Origin: Candidatus Berkelbacteria bacterium
GTDB taxonomy: Bacteria > Patescibacteriota > UBA1384 > CAILIB01
Reading direction: 5' to 3'
DNA: 64,000 nucleotides
NCBI GenBank assembly: GCA_043751595.1
Contig: JAYUZR010000035.1
Coordinates: 2,534 to 66,533, forward strand
The notes under the pieces were generated by a model. The model worked only from the letters and a program-made list of their open reading frames with translations, did not search any database and was not told the DNA's origin. Position 1 is the first letter of the stretch. Each line of letters begins with the position of its first letter. Below are positions 46,774 through 56,311 of the stretch, piece after piece. The position numbers and the translations under genes are program-made.

Positions 46774-48006
46774 ATGGCCCAATCAGCCAAAACAACTGAT
46801 GTCTCTATGGCATCCCTCCTCAAGGAACTAGGAGGTAAAGCAGTACCATTCGTTCCCGGTGCAGTCGTCGAAGGCACCGTTATGTCATCCTCCGCAAACC
46901 GAGTCTGGGTAGATATCGGTGGCGTTGCTGTTGGTGTTATTCCTGAGCGTGAGCTTTCGGTCCTTTCGTCCGATCTCAAGCCAGGTGATCCCATCACCGC
47001 TTCAGTCCTCGTACTAGAAGACAACCGTGGAAACATGGTTCTTTCTCTACGCCGTGCTGATCGCGAGCGCATCGTCAACGAGCTTACCTCTCGCGCTAAG
47101 GATGGTGAATCTATGCAGGTTAAGGTTTCCGATGTTAACAAGGGCGGCCTCTTGATCGAACTTGGTGACTTCACTGGATTCCTACCTGTATCTCAGCTTG
47201 CTACCGAACACTATCCACGTGTTGAAAACGGTAACACGGATGAAATCTATGCTCGCCTCAAAGAGTTGCATGGCCAAATGCTTACGGTTAAGGTTCTTAC
47301 CTTCGATCAACAGCAGGGCAAGCTTATCTTCTCCGAGAAGGCAGCTGGAGACGCTATTCAGGAAGCTAAGCTTACCAAGATCAAAGAAGGCGATATCCTT
47401 GAAGGAAACATCACTGGTATTGTCGATTTCGGTATCTTTGTTCGCCTTGGCGATCCAGAGAACTCCCTTGAGGGATTGGTTCACATCTCCGAAATTGCTT
47501 GGGGACGTGTCACCGATATCTCATCTCTCTACAATGTGGCAGACACCGTTAAGGTATTGGTAGTTTCTACCGCCGATAACCGCGTATCGCTCTCCATCAA
47601 GCGTTTGCAGCCAGATCCTTGGCAGCAAGCCGCTCAGAAGTACTCAGTAGACGATACTGTTTCTGGTCAGGTAACTCGCATCACTCCATTCGGAGTATTC
47701 GTTCGCCTCGACGCTGAGATCGATGGATTGGTTCACATTTCCGAGATCTCAAGTGAGCGCATTACCGATCCAGGTAGCGTACTGCACATCGGCGAAACCT
47801 TTGAGTTCAAGATCATCTCGATCGATCCTCAACAGCACCGCCTTGGTCTTTCTTACAAGCGCCTACACGAACCAGAAGCACCTAAGGGTGAAGATGGCGA
47901 AGCTAAGCCAAAGAAGAAAGCTAAGCGCAAGCTAGCCGAGACGGCAGAAGTTACTGAAGTGGCAGAACCTGCCGCTGAAACTCCTGAAGAAGTTGTAGCT
48001 GCCTAG
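46774..48006 (+). CDS. rpsA: 30S ribosomal protein S1 (four S1 domains)
   Basis: GFLPVSQL, DFGIFV..EGLVHISEI, PFGVFV..DGLVHISEI, LSIKRL. Confidence 0.93.
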   Translation: MAQSAKTTDVSMASLLKELGGKAVPFVPGAVVEGTVMSSSANRVWVDIGGVAVGVIPERELSVLSSDLKPGDPITASVLVLEDNRGNMVLSLRRADRERIVNELTSRAKDGESMQVKVSDVNKGGLLIELGDFTGFLPVSQLATEHYPRVENGNTDEIYARLKELHGQMLTVKVLTFDQQQGKLIFSEKAAGDAIQEAKLTKIKEGDILEGNITGIVDFGIFVRLGDPENSLEGLVHISEIAWGRVTDISSLYNVADTVKVLVVSTADNRVSLSIKRLQPDPWQQAAQKYSVDDTVSGQVTRITPFGVFVRLDAEIDGLVHISEISSERITDPGSVLHIGETFEFKIISIDPQQHRLGLSYKRLHEPEAPKGEDGEAKPKKKAKRKLAETAEVTEVAEPAAETPEEVVAA

Positions 48007-48007
48007 T

Positions 48008-48475
48008 ATGCAGATTACACGCACCCCTGATGGGTCCGTACGCCTTGAGAGTAAGCCAACTTGGCTTACTCTCGGCGTTTCTGTCACCCTTCACGACCAA
48101 GATCTTCATGGGCCTGGTGAATACGATATCACCGGCATTCAGTGCCAGCAGTTGTACCTTGGCAAAGGAAAGATCAGCATCATTCGTCTCGAAGATCTGA
48201 TTATTTCTTACGTTGAAGGTTACGACACCGCTATCGCTAAGGCCGAGGGAGTATCCAACACCCATCTCCTCGTTGTTCGTACCGATGCTCTTACCAGTAT
48301 CGATCAGCTACGTGCCCTTATTAAGGAGCTCGACCCTGGATACGTACTCTTAACTGGTAGTAACCACAAAGAGTTTGAAGAGGCGGCTGGTCTTTCTCTT
48401 CAGACTGGTTCTACCCTTAAGGTAACCAATGCTAGCCTTCCTCAAGAAGGCTGCCTTCTGGCTACTCTCGCGTAG
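48008..48475 (+). CDS. truncated MBL-fold-like protein
   Basis: GPGEYDITGI and LIKELDPGYV resemble Lactamase_B_3 proteins; no HxHxDH motif. Confidence 0.5.
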   Translation: MQITRTPDGSVRLESKPTWLTLGVSVTLHDQDLHGPGEYDITGIQCQQLYLGKGKISIIRLEDLIISYVEGYDTAIAKAEGVSNTHLLVVRTDALTSIDQLRALIKELDPGYVLLTGSNHKEFEEAAGLSLQTGSTLKVTNASLPQEGCLLATLA

Positions 48476-48481
48476 GCGATT

Positions 48482-49435
48482 ATGCAGCTTCCATTACGCC
48501 TGCTCACCCCTGGTGAGCAGGTTGTGTTAATTTCCCACATCAACCCCGATGGCGACGCAGTAGGTTCTTTGCTCGCCCTTGCTTTGGTCCTTAAAAACCT
48601 AGGGTGGAAGGAAGTTATCCCGGTACTGAGTGATGGCGTGCCAAGTAGCTTTAACTACCTCCCGCTTAGTAAGGCGGTTATCCGAGAAGTCCCGCTCCAC
48701 GCTGATTACTGCATACTTCTTGATGCCAACGAAACAAGTCGATCTGGCCAGCATGATGCTCTGCAGCAGTACCTGGCTACCGACCGTCTTATCGTGATTG
48801 ATCATCACCCGCCTACGCAGCTTATCAATCGAGCAGTTGATCACCTTCACCAGGTAGATATTTCCTCAACCTGCGAAATACTGTACACCGCCTTTCGCGC
48901 ATCTAAGATTAAGATTACTGCAGAGATTGCCACCTGCCTCCTCACTGGCATCTTTACTGATACTGGTGGATACCATCACAGCAACACTCGCAATGAGACC
49001 CTTGAAGCCTGTGGCTTTTTGATGCGCTGTGGGGGGCGACTTGATCAAGTAGTAAGTAACTTAGTACAAGGTAAAACCTTAAGTAGTTTACGCCTCCTCG
49101 GGATTGCCCTTGAGCGAGTCACTATTACCTCCAAGGGGCGCTGTGCAGTAACCGCGCTTACTCAAGCAGACATCGAGGGTACCCAGGCTACAGCTGCTGA
49201 TATTAGCGGTATCGTGGGCCATCTCGCCATGCTGCCAGGGGTTAAGTGCGCACTCCTCATTAGTGAGTTTACACCGGGGATTGTACGCGGCTCCCTACGT
49301 ACCACAGAAGGCTCTACAGCCGACGTTGAGCGTCTAGCTAAGTTACTAGGAGGTGGAGGCCATAAGAAGGCGGCTGGATTCTCTGTGTATGGCCATATTG
49401 AAGTAAGGGGGCAAACCTGGAAGGTGGTTGCCTAA
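48482..49435 (+). CDS. DHH/DHHA1 phosphoesterase (NrnA-like)
   Basis: HINPDGDAVGS, IDHH, TDTGGY, GGGGHKKAAG. Confidence 0.92.
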   Translation: MQLPLRLLTPGEQVVLISHINPDGDAVGSLLALALVLKNLGWKEVIPVLSDGVPSSFNYLPLSKAVIREVPLHADYCILLDANETSRSGQHDALQQYLATDRLIVIDHHPPTQLINRAVDHLHQVDISSTCEILYTAFRASKIKITAEIATCLLTGIFTDTGGYHHSNTRNETLEACGFLMRCGGRLDQVVSNLVQGKTLSSLRLLGIALERVTITSKGRCAVTALTQADIEGTQATAADISGIVGHLAMLPGVKCALLISEFTPGIVRGSLRTTEGSTADVERLAKLLGGGGHKKAAGFSVYGHIEVRGQTWKVVA

Positions 49436-49478
49436 CCTAAGGCAAATCGCTAGTATTCCAGTCGGTATCGGTTTATGT

Positions 49479-49564
49479 GCCACGGTGGTGGAACGGTTAT
49501 ACACGGCGGACTTAAAATCCGCTGAGCCTAGCTCTTGCGGGTTCGAATCCCGCCCGTGGTACCA
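49479..49564 (+). tRNA. tRNA-Leu (TAA)
   Basis: Long variable arm, loop CTTAAAA, CCA end. Confidence 0.95.
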
Positions 49565-49592
49565 GCCAAGTCCTTTGGGACTTGGCTTTTTT
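49564..49592 (+). terminator. terminator after tRNA-Leu
   Basis: AGCCAAGTCC-TTTG-GGACTTGGCT-TTTTT. Confidence 0.85.
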
Positions 49593-49640
49593 AGTATCAA
49601 CGTATTTGTTGGAAGACTTCACCCGCGGTATACTATTCGT

Positions 49641-50102
49641 GTGCAATTCCAGGTCCCCCAGAACATCACGATGGAAGATAAAATCATCGGGCCACTCAGC
49701 CCGATCCAGTTTGGTATCGTCACCATTGGGGGCTTAGCCGCTTTTGTTATCTTTAGTTCAGATGGCCTGCCCAGTCCCATTAACAAAATAATCGGATTTT
49801 TTCTGGCCATGATCACCCTAGCCCTAGCAATGGGTAAGTTTAACGATCAACCACTCTACTCGTTCACTAAGTACATTATCCTTTTTGTTACCTCACCCAA
49901 GACCAGGGTTTGGAAAAAGAATGGGGGAATGGAGCCCGTTCTTGTTAAGCCTACACAGCGCTCTGGAGCAGCTGATCAAGCCAAGGTGATCAAGCACGTA
50001 CGCAAAAACGATATTGCCCAACTTGCCACTATTCTTGATAGCCGCGGTACGGTAGGGAAGAGCCCCACCATCGCAACCAGTAGAGGGACGACAAAATCAT
50101 GA
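49641..50102 (+). CDS. PrgI family protein (VirB3-like)
   Basis: QFQVPQNITMEDKIIGPLS..QF, two TM helices, PKTRVWKK; GTG start 6 nt after TATACT. Confidence 0.85.
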   Translation: MQFQVPQNITMEDKIIGPLSPIQFGIVTIGGLAAFVIFSSDGLPSPINKIIGFFLAMITLALAMGKFNDQPLYSFTKYIILFVTSPKTRVWKKNGGMEPVLVKPTQRSGAADQAKVIKHVRKNDIAQLATILDSRGTVGKSPTIATSRGTTKS

Positions 50103-50887
50103 GCGCAGCTGGAGCCTCCACCCAAGACCACCTACCTGTCGCAGGTATCCAGGATGGGGTAGTAATCATGAACGACACTTCAGTACGCGCCATCTTACGG
50201 GTGCAACCGATTAACTTTGAACTAAAGTCAGAGGCCGAGCAAAACGCCATCATCTACAGCTACCAATCCTTCCTCAACTCACTCGATTTCCCGGTTGAGA
50301 TTGTTATTAATTCTAAGAAGCTCGATCTTGAGCGCTACCTACGCAAACTGGAAGAGCAAAAGAAAAATCTTTCAAGCGATCTTCTTAGAATCCAGATCGA
50401 AGATTACGTAAACTTTGTCAGGCGCCTTATCACGATTGCCAACATTATGGCTAAGCGCTTCTACGTAGTAGTAAGTTACGCTGCAGTTACAGGCGCCAAG
50501 GCATCGAGTGGATTCTCTCTTAGTACGGTACTAGGTATTGGTGGCGGAAATACTCAGGCAACTCTCTATCAAGACCAGTTTGATCGCTACAAGGCAGAGC
50601 TAGGCAATAGGGCTAACATTGTTTCTGCCGGGCTTACTCGCGTAGGTTTAAGGGTTGAACCCCTTACCACTCAAGAGATTATCGAGCTCCTCTATGGTGC
50701 TTATAACCCCGACATTGCCCAAGAAGAGCGGCTTACTGATGTGTCTGCCCTTAGTGCTGGTATCGTATCATCCGAGAACGTTGCACCACCCTTGGAACAA
50801 GCTGCAGAAGTTCCTCCAGTAGCCGTGCCAGAGGCTGCCCCTGCTCAACCAACCGCCAATCCACCACAACAGCCACCAGCTGTATAG
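50099..50887 (+). CDS. VirB4-associated (TraC N-terminal-like) protein
   Basis: STQDHL...IQDGVVI, INFELKSEAEQNAII..YQSFLNSLDFP; lies between PrgI and VirB4. Confidence 0.7.
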   Translation: MSAAGASTQDHLPVAGIQDGVVIMNDTSVRAILRVQPINFELKSEAEQNAIIYSYQSFLNSLDFPVEIVINSKKLDLERYLRKLEEQKKNLSSDLLRIQIEDYVNFVRRLITIANIMAKRFYVVVSYAAVTGAKASSGFSLSTVLGIGGGNTQATLYQDQFDRYKAELGNRANIVSAGLTRVGLRVEPLTTQEIIELLYGAYNPDIAQEERLTDVSALSAGIVSSENVAPPLEQAAEVPPVAVPEAAPAQPTANPPQQPPAV

Positions 50888-50893
50888 CCGACT

Positions 50894-52693
50894 ATGCGCC
50901 TACTCTCCTTTCTTCACCCCGATTCCAGCGATTCTAACGCGCAGGCTGCCGAGCAGGCGGCTATGGCTACGTATCAGCAGGGACTCACTACCACGCGTGA
51001 TATTATTGCCCCCTCTGATTTCATTGTAACTTCCAACTATCTTCAGCTTGGAAGCTACTATGTGCGCACCCTGTTTGTGTACACCTACCCAAGGTTCTTA
51101 AACACCAACTGGCTCTCCCCAATCATCAACTACGATCTTACGATGGATATTGGGATGTATATTCATCCTCAGAATGTCCAGGAGGTAATGGGATCACTAC
51201 GCCGTAAGCTTTCTCAGCTAGAATCTACCCGCCAGATCAACGAAGAAAAGGGACAAGTTCGTGATCCAGAAATTGATCTCGCCATCAGCAACATTGATCA
51301 ACTCCGCGATAGCCTGGCCCAGGGGACTAATCGCCTATTCCAATACGGCCTCTACTTCACTATTTACGCAAAAAGCGTAGACGAGTTATCAACCTTATCA
51401 AAGCAGATCTCATCTACCCTTGGTGGAATGCTTATCTATACCAAAGAGGCACTTGTACAGATGGAACAGGGTTTTACCGCCACTCTCCCACTGGCTAAAG
51501 ACGAGCTTAACATTCAGAGAAACCTGGACACTGGCTCACTCTCTACCACCTTCCCATTCACAACAGCCGAGCTGACCTCCGACGAAGGAATCTTGTACGG
51601 CATTAACCGCCACAACGACTCATTAATTCTGTTCGATCGGTTCAATCTTAATAACGCAAACTCGGTAGTATTCGCTACGTCTGGTGCAGGAAAATCCTAC
51701 TTTATTAAGCTAGAGATTCTGCGTTACATGATGCTTGGCACCGATGTAATCGTTATCGACCCAGAGAACGAATACAAAGCCTTAGTAGACGCAGTAGGTG
51801 GAAGCTACCTAGAAATTAGCCTTAATGCACCCAAGCGCATTAATCCTTTCGATCTTCCGACCACGGTGCATCCAGAAGATGCAAACGAAGATGTCCTTAG
51901 AAGCAATATCACCAGCCTCCACGGCCTGATCAGACTAATGGCTGGGGGATTAACCCCGGAAGAAGATTCAGTCCTGGATAAAGCCCTGTACGAGGTATAC
52001 GCCCTTAAAGATATTACCTCCGATCCTTCTACCTATAAGAATCCACCGCCACTTCTTACTGATCTTATTTCCGTACTGGGTAATCTGCGTGGTGCCGATG
52101 GCCTTGTTCTTCGCCTAGGTAAGTTTGTCGATGGAAGTTATGCCGGTCTCTTTAACCAACCGACCAACTTTAGCCTGAGCGGCGGACTTGTTGTATTCTC
52201 GGTTCGTGATCTAGAAGAAGCACTTCGCCCTATCGCCATCTTCACCATTCTTAACTACATCTGGAATGTAGTGCGCTCCGATCTTAAGCGACGCATCATG
52301 GTAGTAGATGAGGCCTGGTGGATGATGCAATACGAAGACTCTGCCCGCTTCTTGTACGGACTAGCTAAGCGCGCCCGTAAGTACTTCTTGGGTCTTACTA
52401 TTATTTCTCAGGACGTTGAAGACTTCCTCTCAAATAAATACGGAAAGGCGGTAGTGTCTAACTCGGCCATGCAGATCCTCCTAAAGCAATCTACTTCTTC
52501 GATTGAATCAATTGCGGCGGTGTTTAATCTGACCGAGCAAGAAAAGTATTTGCTGATTAACGCTGGAGTGGGCGAAGGCCTTTTCTTTGCCGGGCTGAAC
52601 CATGTAGCCATTAAGGTTACCGCCTCGTATACCGAAGATCAGATTATGACTACTGATCCGAAGCAATTACTCGCAATGCGTGGCTCGCTTTAG
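50894..52693 (+). CDS. VirB4-like ATPase
   Basis: GILYGIN, Walker A ATSGAGKS, VIDPENEY, Walker B VVDEAW, RARKY, ISQD. Confidence 0.93.
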   Translation: MRLLSFLHPDSSDSNAQAAEQAAMATYQQGLTTTRDIIAPSDFIVTSNYLQLGSYYVRTLFVYTYPRFLNTNWLSPIINYDLTMDIGMYIHPQNVQEVMGSLRRKLSQLESTRQINEEKGQVRDPEIDLAISNIDQLRDSLAQGTNRLFQYGLYFTIYAKSVDELSTLSKQISSTLGGMLIYTKEALVQMEQGFTATLPLAKDELNIQRNLDTGSLSTTFPFTTAELTSDEGILYGINRHNDSLILFDRFNLNNANSVVFATSGAGKSYFIKLEILRYMMLGTDVIVIDPENEYKALVDAVGGSYLEISLNAPKRINPFDLPTTVHPEDANEDVLRSNITSLHGLIRLMAGGLTPEEDSVLDKALYEVYALKDITSDPSTYKNPPPLLTDLISVLGNLRGADGLVLRLGKFVDGSYAGLFNQPTNFSLSGGLVVFSVRDLEEALRPIAIFTILNYIWNVVRSDLKRRIMVVDEAWWMMQYEDSARFLYGLAKRARKYFLGLTIISQDVEDFLSNKYGKAVVSNSAMQILLKQSTSSIESIAAVFNLTEQEKYLLINAGVGEGLFFAGLNHVAIKVTASYTEDQIMTTDPKQLLAMRGSL

Positions 52694-52712
52694 CGTAGTC
52701 GCCTAGTCAACT

Positions 52713-54662
52713 ATGCAAGAAAACGATCCGCTCAACTTGCAAGAGCCGATCAACCCTGATCAGCAGGGTTTTGATACTGAAGATTATCTCTCTCAACAAA
52801 ACCAAACCGTCTCAGACGGTGAGTTAAATGAGGGACTCGGCCAAGAATATATTCAACCGGCCTCTGGTATAGGTACGCAGCCCCATAAGCCTGGTAATGT
52901 GAGTGTAAATCCAGCTAATCAACCCAGGCGCTTTGGCTTATTTGGGGCACGCAAGACAAGTGATAAGGCGGATGCTCAAAAGCCGGATTCCAAGAGTAAA
53001 GATGAAAAAGTAGAGGGTCCCAAGACCGATCTTCCGGGAGCTAAGTCTGCAACGCAAGATAAAAAGAAAGAAGAAAAAGAAGGTGGGAGCGCAGTAGGAG
53101 CAGCCGGGCGTACTGCCGCAGAGATGAAAAAGATTGCTGCAACCTCCGGTGGTAACGGATGGGTGGCTGCAGGGCAATACCTAAATAAGCTTCGCACCAG
53201 CTCCCAGTTTAGAAAGGATCAGCTTAAGACAATGGGTACGGTGCGCAAAGTGCAGCTTGTGCTCCTTTGCCTTGCCTTAGTTATTCCACTTTTTGTTGGG
53301 ATGCTCTTCTTTGGTCTAGGCGGTGTAAGCGGGGACAATGTAGGGAGATTGGCGGATACCACTGGAACGGTTGGAACTGCTTCTGGGGATGGGACTTTTA
53401 ATGCAGGTGGAATATTTACTTGTGAACTACGAAGCTTCCTGGATACTATCGCCTCTCACGAAACAGGTGAGACAATGACACGCGAGCATTATGGCTGGTC
53501 TCAAAATGGCCACAAACAATTTGATGCCCTGGATCCCAAATGGGATACCGCGTTTCCACCAGGAGAATCTAGTGGAAGAAACATCGGCAGATATCAGATT
53601 GATCCTGATCCAGGAAAAGATGGAGATATCCAAGATGCCCAAGCGGGCCTAGATAAAGCCAAGATCCCCTTTAAAATCACTGGGTACAGTGCTAAGCAAC
53701 AGGATTATGTAGCATTGGGTAGGTGGTACTTTGGTACGTACAGAAAAACAAGAGGAGGAGTCAATATGCGCACTAATTATGGCCAATATGCGTCGCCTGA
53801 GTATCCTCAAAAACTACTTGAAAATGGCGAGGAGGGATTCAAAACTGCGGTCGTTATCGCATCTACAGACTTCGCTAGCACACCTGTAGTTATTCCCGCT
53901 ATCCATGCCGATCCGGGGCAGTCCCATGTAACATTTGAGGCATACTTTGCCTTCTATCAAAAGCGCCTTCAGTACTGCGGAACCCAGTCGCAAGGGGGAG
54001 CCGTCTCCAAGCCAGGTACCACCATACTTGCAGATGTTGCCGGAGCACACAGAATCCCGAATGTCCCGGGCGTTCAGCAGGCAGACAAGAGTAAGAGTAC
54101 CCGCCCAGATAAAACCGCAGGTGGTGGCCAGTGCGGAACAGCATCAACCCTAATGGTAACGCTATTCTATAAGCCAAGCTTCACCGATGGAGCCAAATTA
54201 GATACTGGCAATACAGCAGGCAGCAGCAGACTGAGCGTTAAGCCATATCAGTTTATCCCTAACCTTATTAACTATTTAAATGAAAAGTCAGGGGTTACCT
54301 GGACAATGATTGAGCAAAAACAAAAAACCAAAGCAGAGCTTCTCTCGATTATGACAAAGTCGATCGATGGCGGTGATCCCATGATCGTATACACCGGAGC
54401 GATTATTTACCCTATGGCACACATCTATGTTGTAATGGGCTATGACGCAACAAGTTTTTATGTAAATAATCCGCACCCTGGTGGGGTAGATATGGCCACA
54501 AATAAAGCTCACAATGGTGCTGCGCCAACTATCGATACCGTACTGAGTGCAGGTGCCAAAGACGCAAACCCCGTAGAATACGCAAAGTACAACTACCGTA
54601 ATGCAGAGCATGGTAGCCATAATAATAATTTCCTTATTGTCCGCTCTAAGTACGTAAAGTAA
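52713..54662 (+). CDS. membrane-anchored protein with lambda-lysozyme-like and peptidase C39-like domains
   Basis: TM helix near aa 180-200; FLDTIASHETG, GRYQI, SAKQQDYVAL; QCGTASTLMV, HIYVVMGYD, VNNP. Confidence 0.75.
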   Translation: MQENDPLNLQEPINPDQQGFDTEDYLSQQNQTVSDGELNEGLGQEYIQPASGIGTQPHKPGNVSVNPANQPRRFGLFGARKTSDKADAQKPDSKSKDEKVEGPKTDLPGAKSATQDKKKEEKEGGSAVGAAGRTAAEMKKIAATSGGNGWVAAGQYLNKLRTSSQFRKDQLKTMGTVRKVQLVLLCLALVIPLFVGMLFFGLGGVSGDNVGRLADTTGTVGTASGDGTFNAGGIFTCELRSFLDTIASHETGETMTREHYGWSQNGHKQFDALDPKWDTAFPPGESSGRNIGRYQIDPDPGKDGDIQDAQAGLDKAKIPFKITGYSAKQQDYVALGRWYFGTYRKTRGGVNMRTNYGQYASPEYPQKLLENGEEGFKTAVVIASTDFASTPVVIPAIHADPGQSHVTFEAYFAFYQKRLQYCGTQSQGGAVSKPGTTILADVAGAHRIPNVPGVQQADKSKSTRPDKTAGGGQCGTASTLMVTLFYKPSFTDGAKLDTGNTAGSSRLSVKPYQFIPNLINYLNEKSGVTWTMIEQKQKTKAELLSIMTKSIDGGDPMIVYTGAIIYPMAHIYVVMGYDATSFYVNNPHPGGVDMATNKAHNGAAPTIDTVLSAGAKDANPVEYAKYNYRNAEHGSHNNNFLIVRSKYVK

Positions 54663-54964
54663 TGCCCTCTCCAACCCCTTGTCCTAACCCAGGAGTCCTT
54701 ACCAACTGCTCTCAGAGCACGCTACAGGGGTATGCTCAGGCTATTATCAACGATAATATCGGATACATTTTTACGATTGCTTTAATCATGATCATCTACT
54801 CAGGGGTTGAGTATATGTACTCCGGTTTCTCTCCTGATAAACAAAAATCTGCCAAGCAGCGCATCATTGGTATTATTACCGGACTTGTATTCTTCCTCTT
54901 GCTTCAGGTAATCCTCAATCAGATTACCGATATTAAGGGCCTTCCCACCGTTAGAAGTCATTAA
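54662..54964 (+). CDS. VirB2/TrbC-like pilin
   Basis: YSGVEYMYSG..PDKQKSAKQRIIGIITG. Confidence 0.8.
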   Translation: MPSPTPCPNPGVLTNCSQSTLQGYAQAIINDNIGYIFTIALIMIIYSGVEYMYSGFSPDKQKSAKQRIIGIITGLVFFLLLQVILNQITDIKGLPTVRSH

Positions 54965-54966
54965 TT

Positions 54967-56304
54967 ATGGCCGAATTACCTGAGCAGGCACCAGTTCCGG
55001 CTATCCCACCTCCCCATCCTTTTAGCACACCACCATCGTTTGCTCAGGCGCCTAGGCAGGGTATCCGAGGAAGGCTTGATTCTATTCTCGAGCGTGTCCC
55101 GCGCCAGACCTGGCTTGGCCTTGGGGTACTAGCCGGGGTTCTCATTATTGGGGCCATTATCCTTCTCGCTTATGCAGCAAACAGGGGAGGAATCTTAGTA
55201 AAATCAGCCGCAGATCAGCCGCTTACTATCCAACTAAACGGCGCCACTACCAAACCTACCAAGCAAGGTACTGATTACTTCTTGCGCACGTATACCGGCC
55301 GATACAATGTAGTAGTTAAGCGAGATGGCTACGAGCCATATTCCCAAGATATTACCGTGGGTAGCAAACAGACAGTAGTTATTCGCCCCATCTTTAGCCT
55401 TTTGCCACCCGAAGGAAGTGCCGACCCAATAGTTTCGGTAGACCACGTACGGGCAGATCCCGCCAACAATAAGCTCTTCTTTGTGGGAGATAGGAAAAGT
55501 GGTCTCTACGAACTACCTCTGGCAACCCGCATTCCTCGCAAAATTAGTACCAAGGCAATGCCTGGTATCTATGATATTGAGTGGTCTAAAGATCCTAATG
55601 TAGCCATTATTCTTGCTAACCAGGGGACATTCCTGCAAGAGATTCCAACCTTCGATTTTCAGAATCAGCTTACCGCCCAGATCTCTGGACCAGAGGTAGA
55701 AAGCGCTGCTTGGGATCCTAATGACCAGAGTAGATTAGCGGTAAGTATTACTCGCACCAATGGCGAACACTCACTTATTTTTACCGATAAAAAGCTAGTA
55801 AAGCTGGACCGCAAGGCCGATCTTACCGGCATCGAGAATCCGCACCTTACCTGGAGCGCCGATTCGCGGGTAATCCTTTTGGTTAGTCGCAGCAAGGACC
55901 CTAACCAGAACAATATCTGGAAGTACACCACAGCAGATGGAACCCTGAGCCAAGTAACCACCGATGGTGCGTGGGGTGGGGTAGAGATTTCTCCCAATGG
56001 CGATAAAGTGATCGCCGAACAGGATGGCAAACTTTACGCGCTTTCACTTAGTGACGGTAGTAAAACCGATATAAAGATTGTTGGTAACACCCGCCTTATT
56101 GCTTGGCGCGATAACGATAGTTTCTTTGTGCCAGACGTGGGCCGCAACAGGTTACTTTTAGCAAATCTTGATGGCACCAGAATCGAACTTTCCTTCAGCT
56201 TTACCAACCCGCACGAGATTCAAGGTCTATTGTACTTCCCAGAGCAGAAAATGATTGTTTTCTATACTTCCAGGGCCTTATACACCCTGTCGGTGGGTGT
56301 ATAA
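54967..56304 (+). CDS. membrane-anchored PEGA domain + beta-propeller protein
   Basis: TM helix; GRYNVVVKRDGYEPY; repeated WSKD/WDPN/WSAD/ISPNG blades. Confidence 0.8.
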   Translation: MAELPEQAPVPAIPPPHPFSTPPSFAQAPRQGIRGRLDSILERVPRQTWLGLGVLAGVLIIGAIILLAYAANRGGILVKSAADQPLTIQLNGATTKPTKQGTDYFLRTYTGRYNVVVKRDGYEPYSQDITVGSKQTVVIRPIFSLLPPEGSADPIVSVDHVRADPANNKLFFVGDRKSGLYELPLATRIPRKISTKAMPGIYDIEWSKDPNVAIILANQGTFLQEIPTFDFQNQLTAQISGPEVESAAWDPNDQSRLAVSITRTNGEHSLIFTDKKLVKLDRKADLTGIENPHLTWSADSRVILLVSRSKDPNQNNIWKYTTADGTLSQVTTDGAWGGVEISPNGDKVIAEQDGKLYALSLSDGSKTDIKIVGNTRLIAWRDNDSFFVPDVGRNRLLLANLDGTRIELSFSFTNPHEIQGLLYFPEQKMIVFYTSRALYTLSVGV

Positions 56305-56311
56305 TAAATCC

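Noticed and set aside
49428-49640. N-terminal extension of the PrgI ORF
   Set aside because: It runs through tRNA-Leu and its terminator; the likely start is GTG 49641
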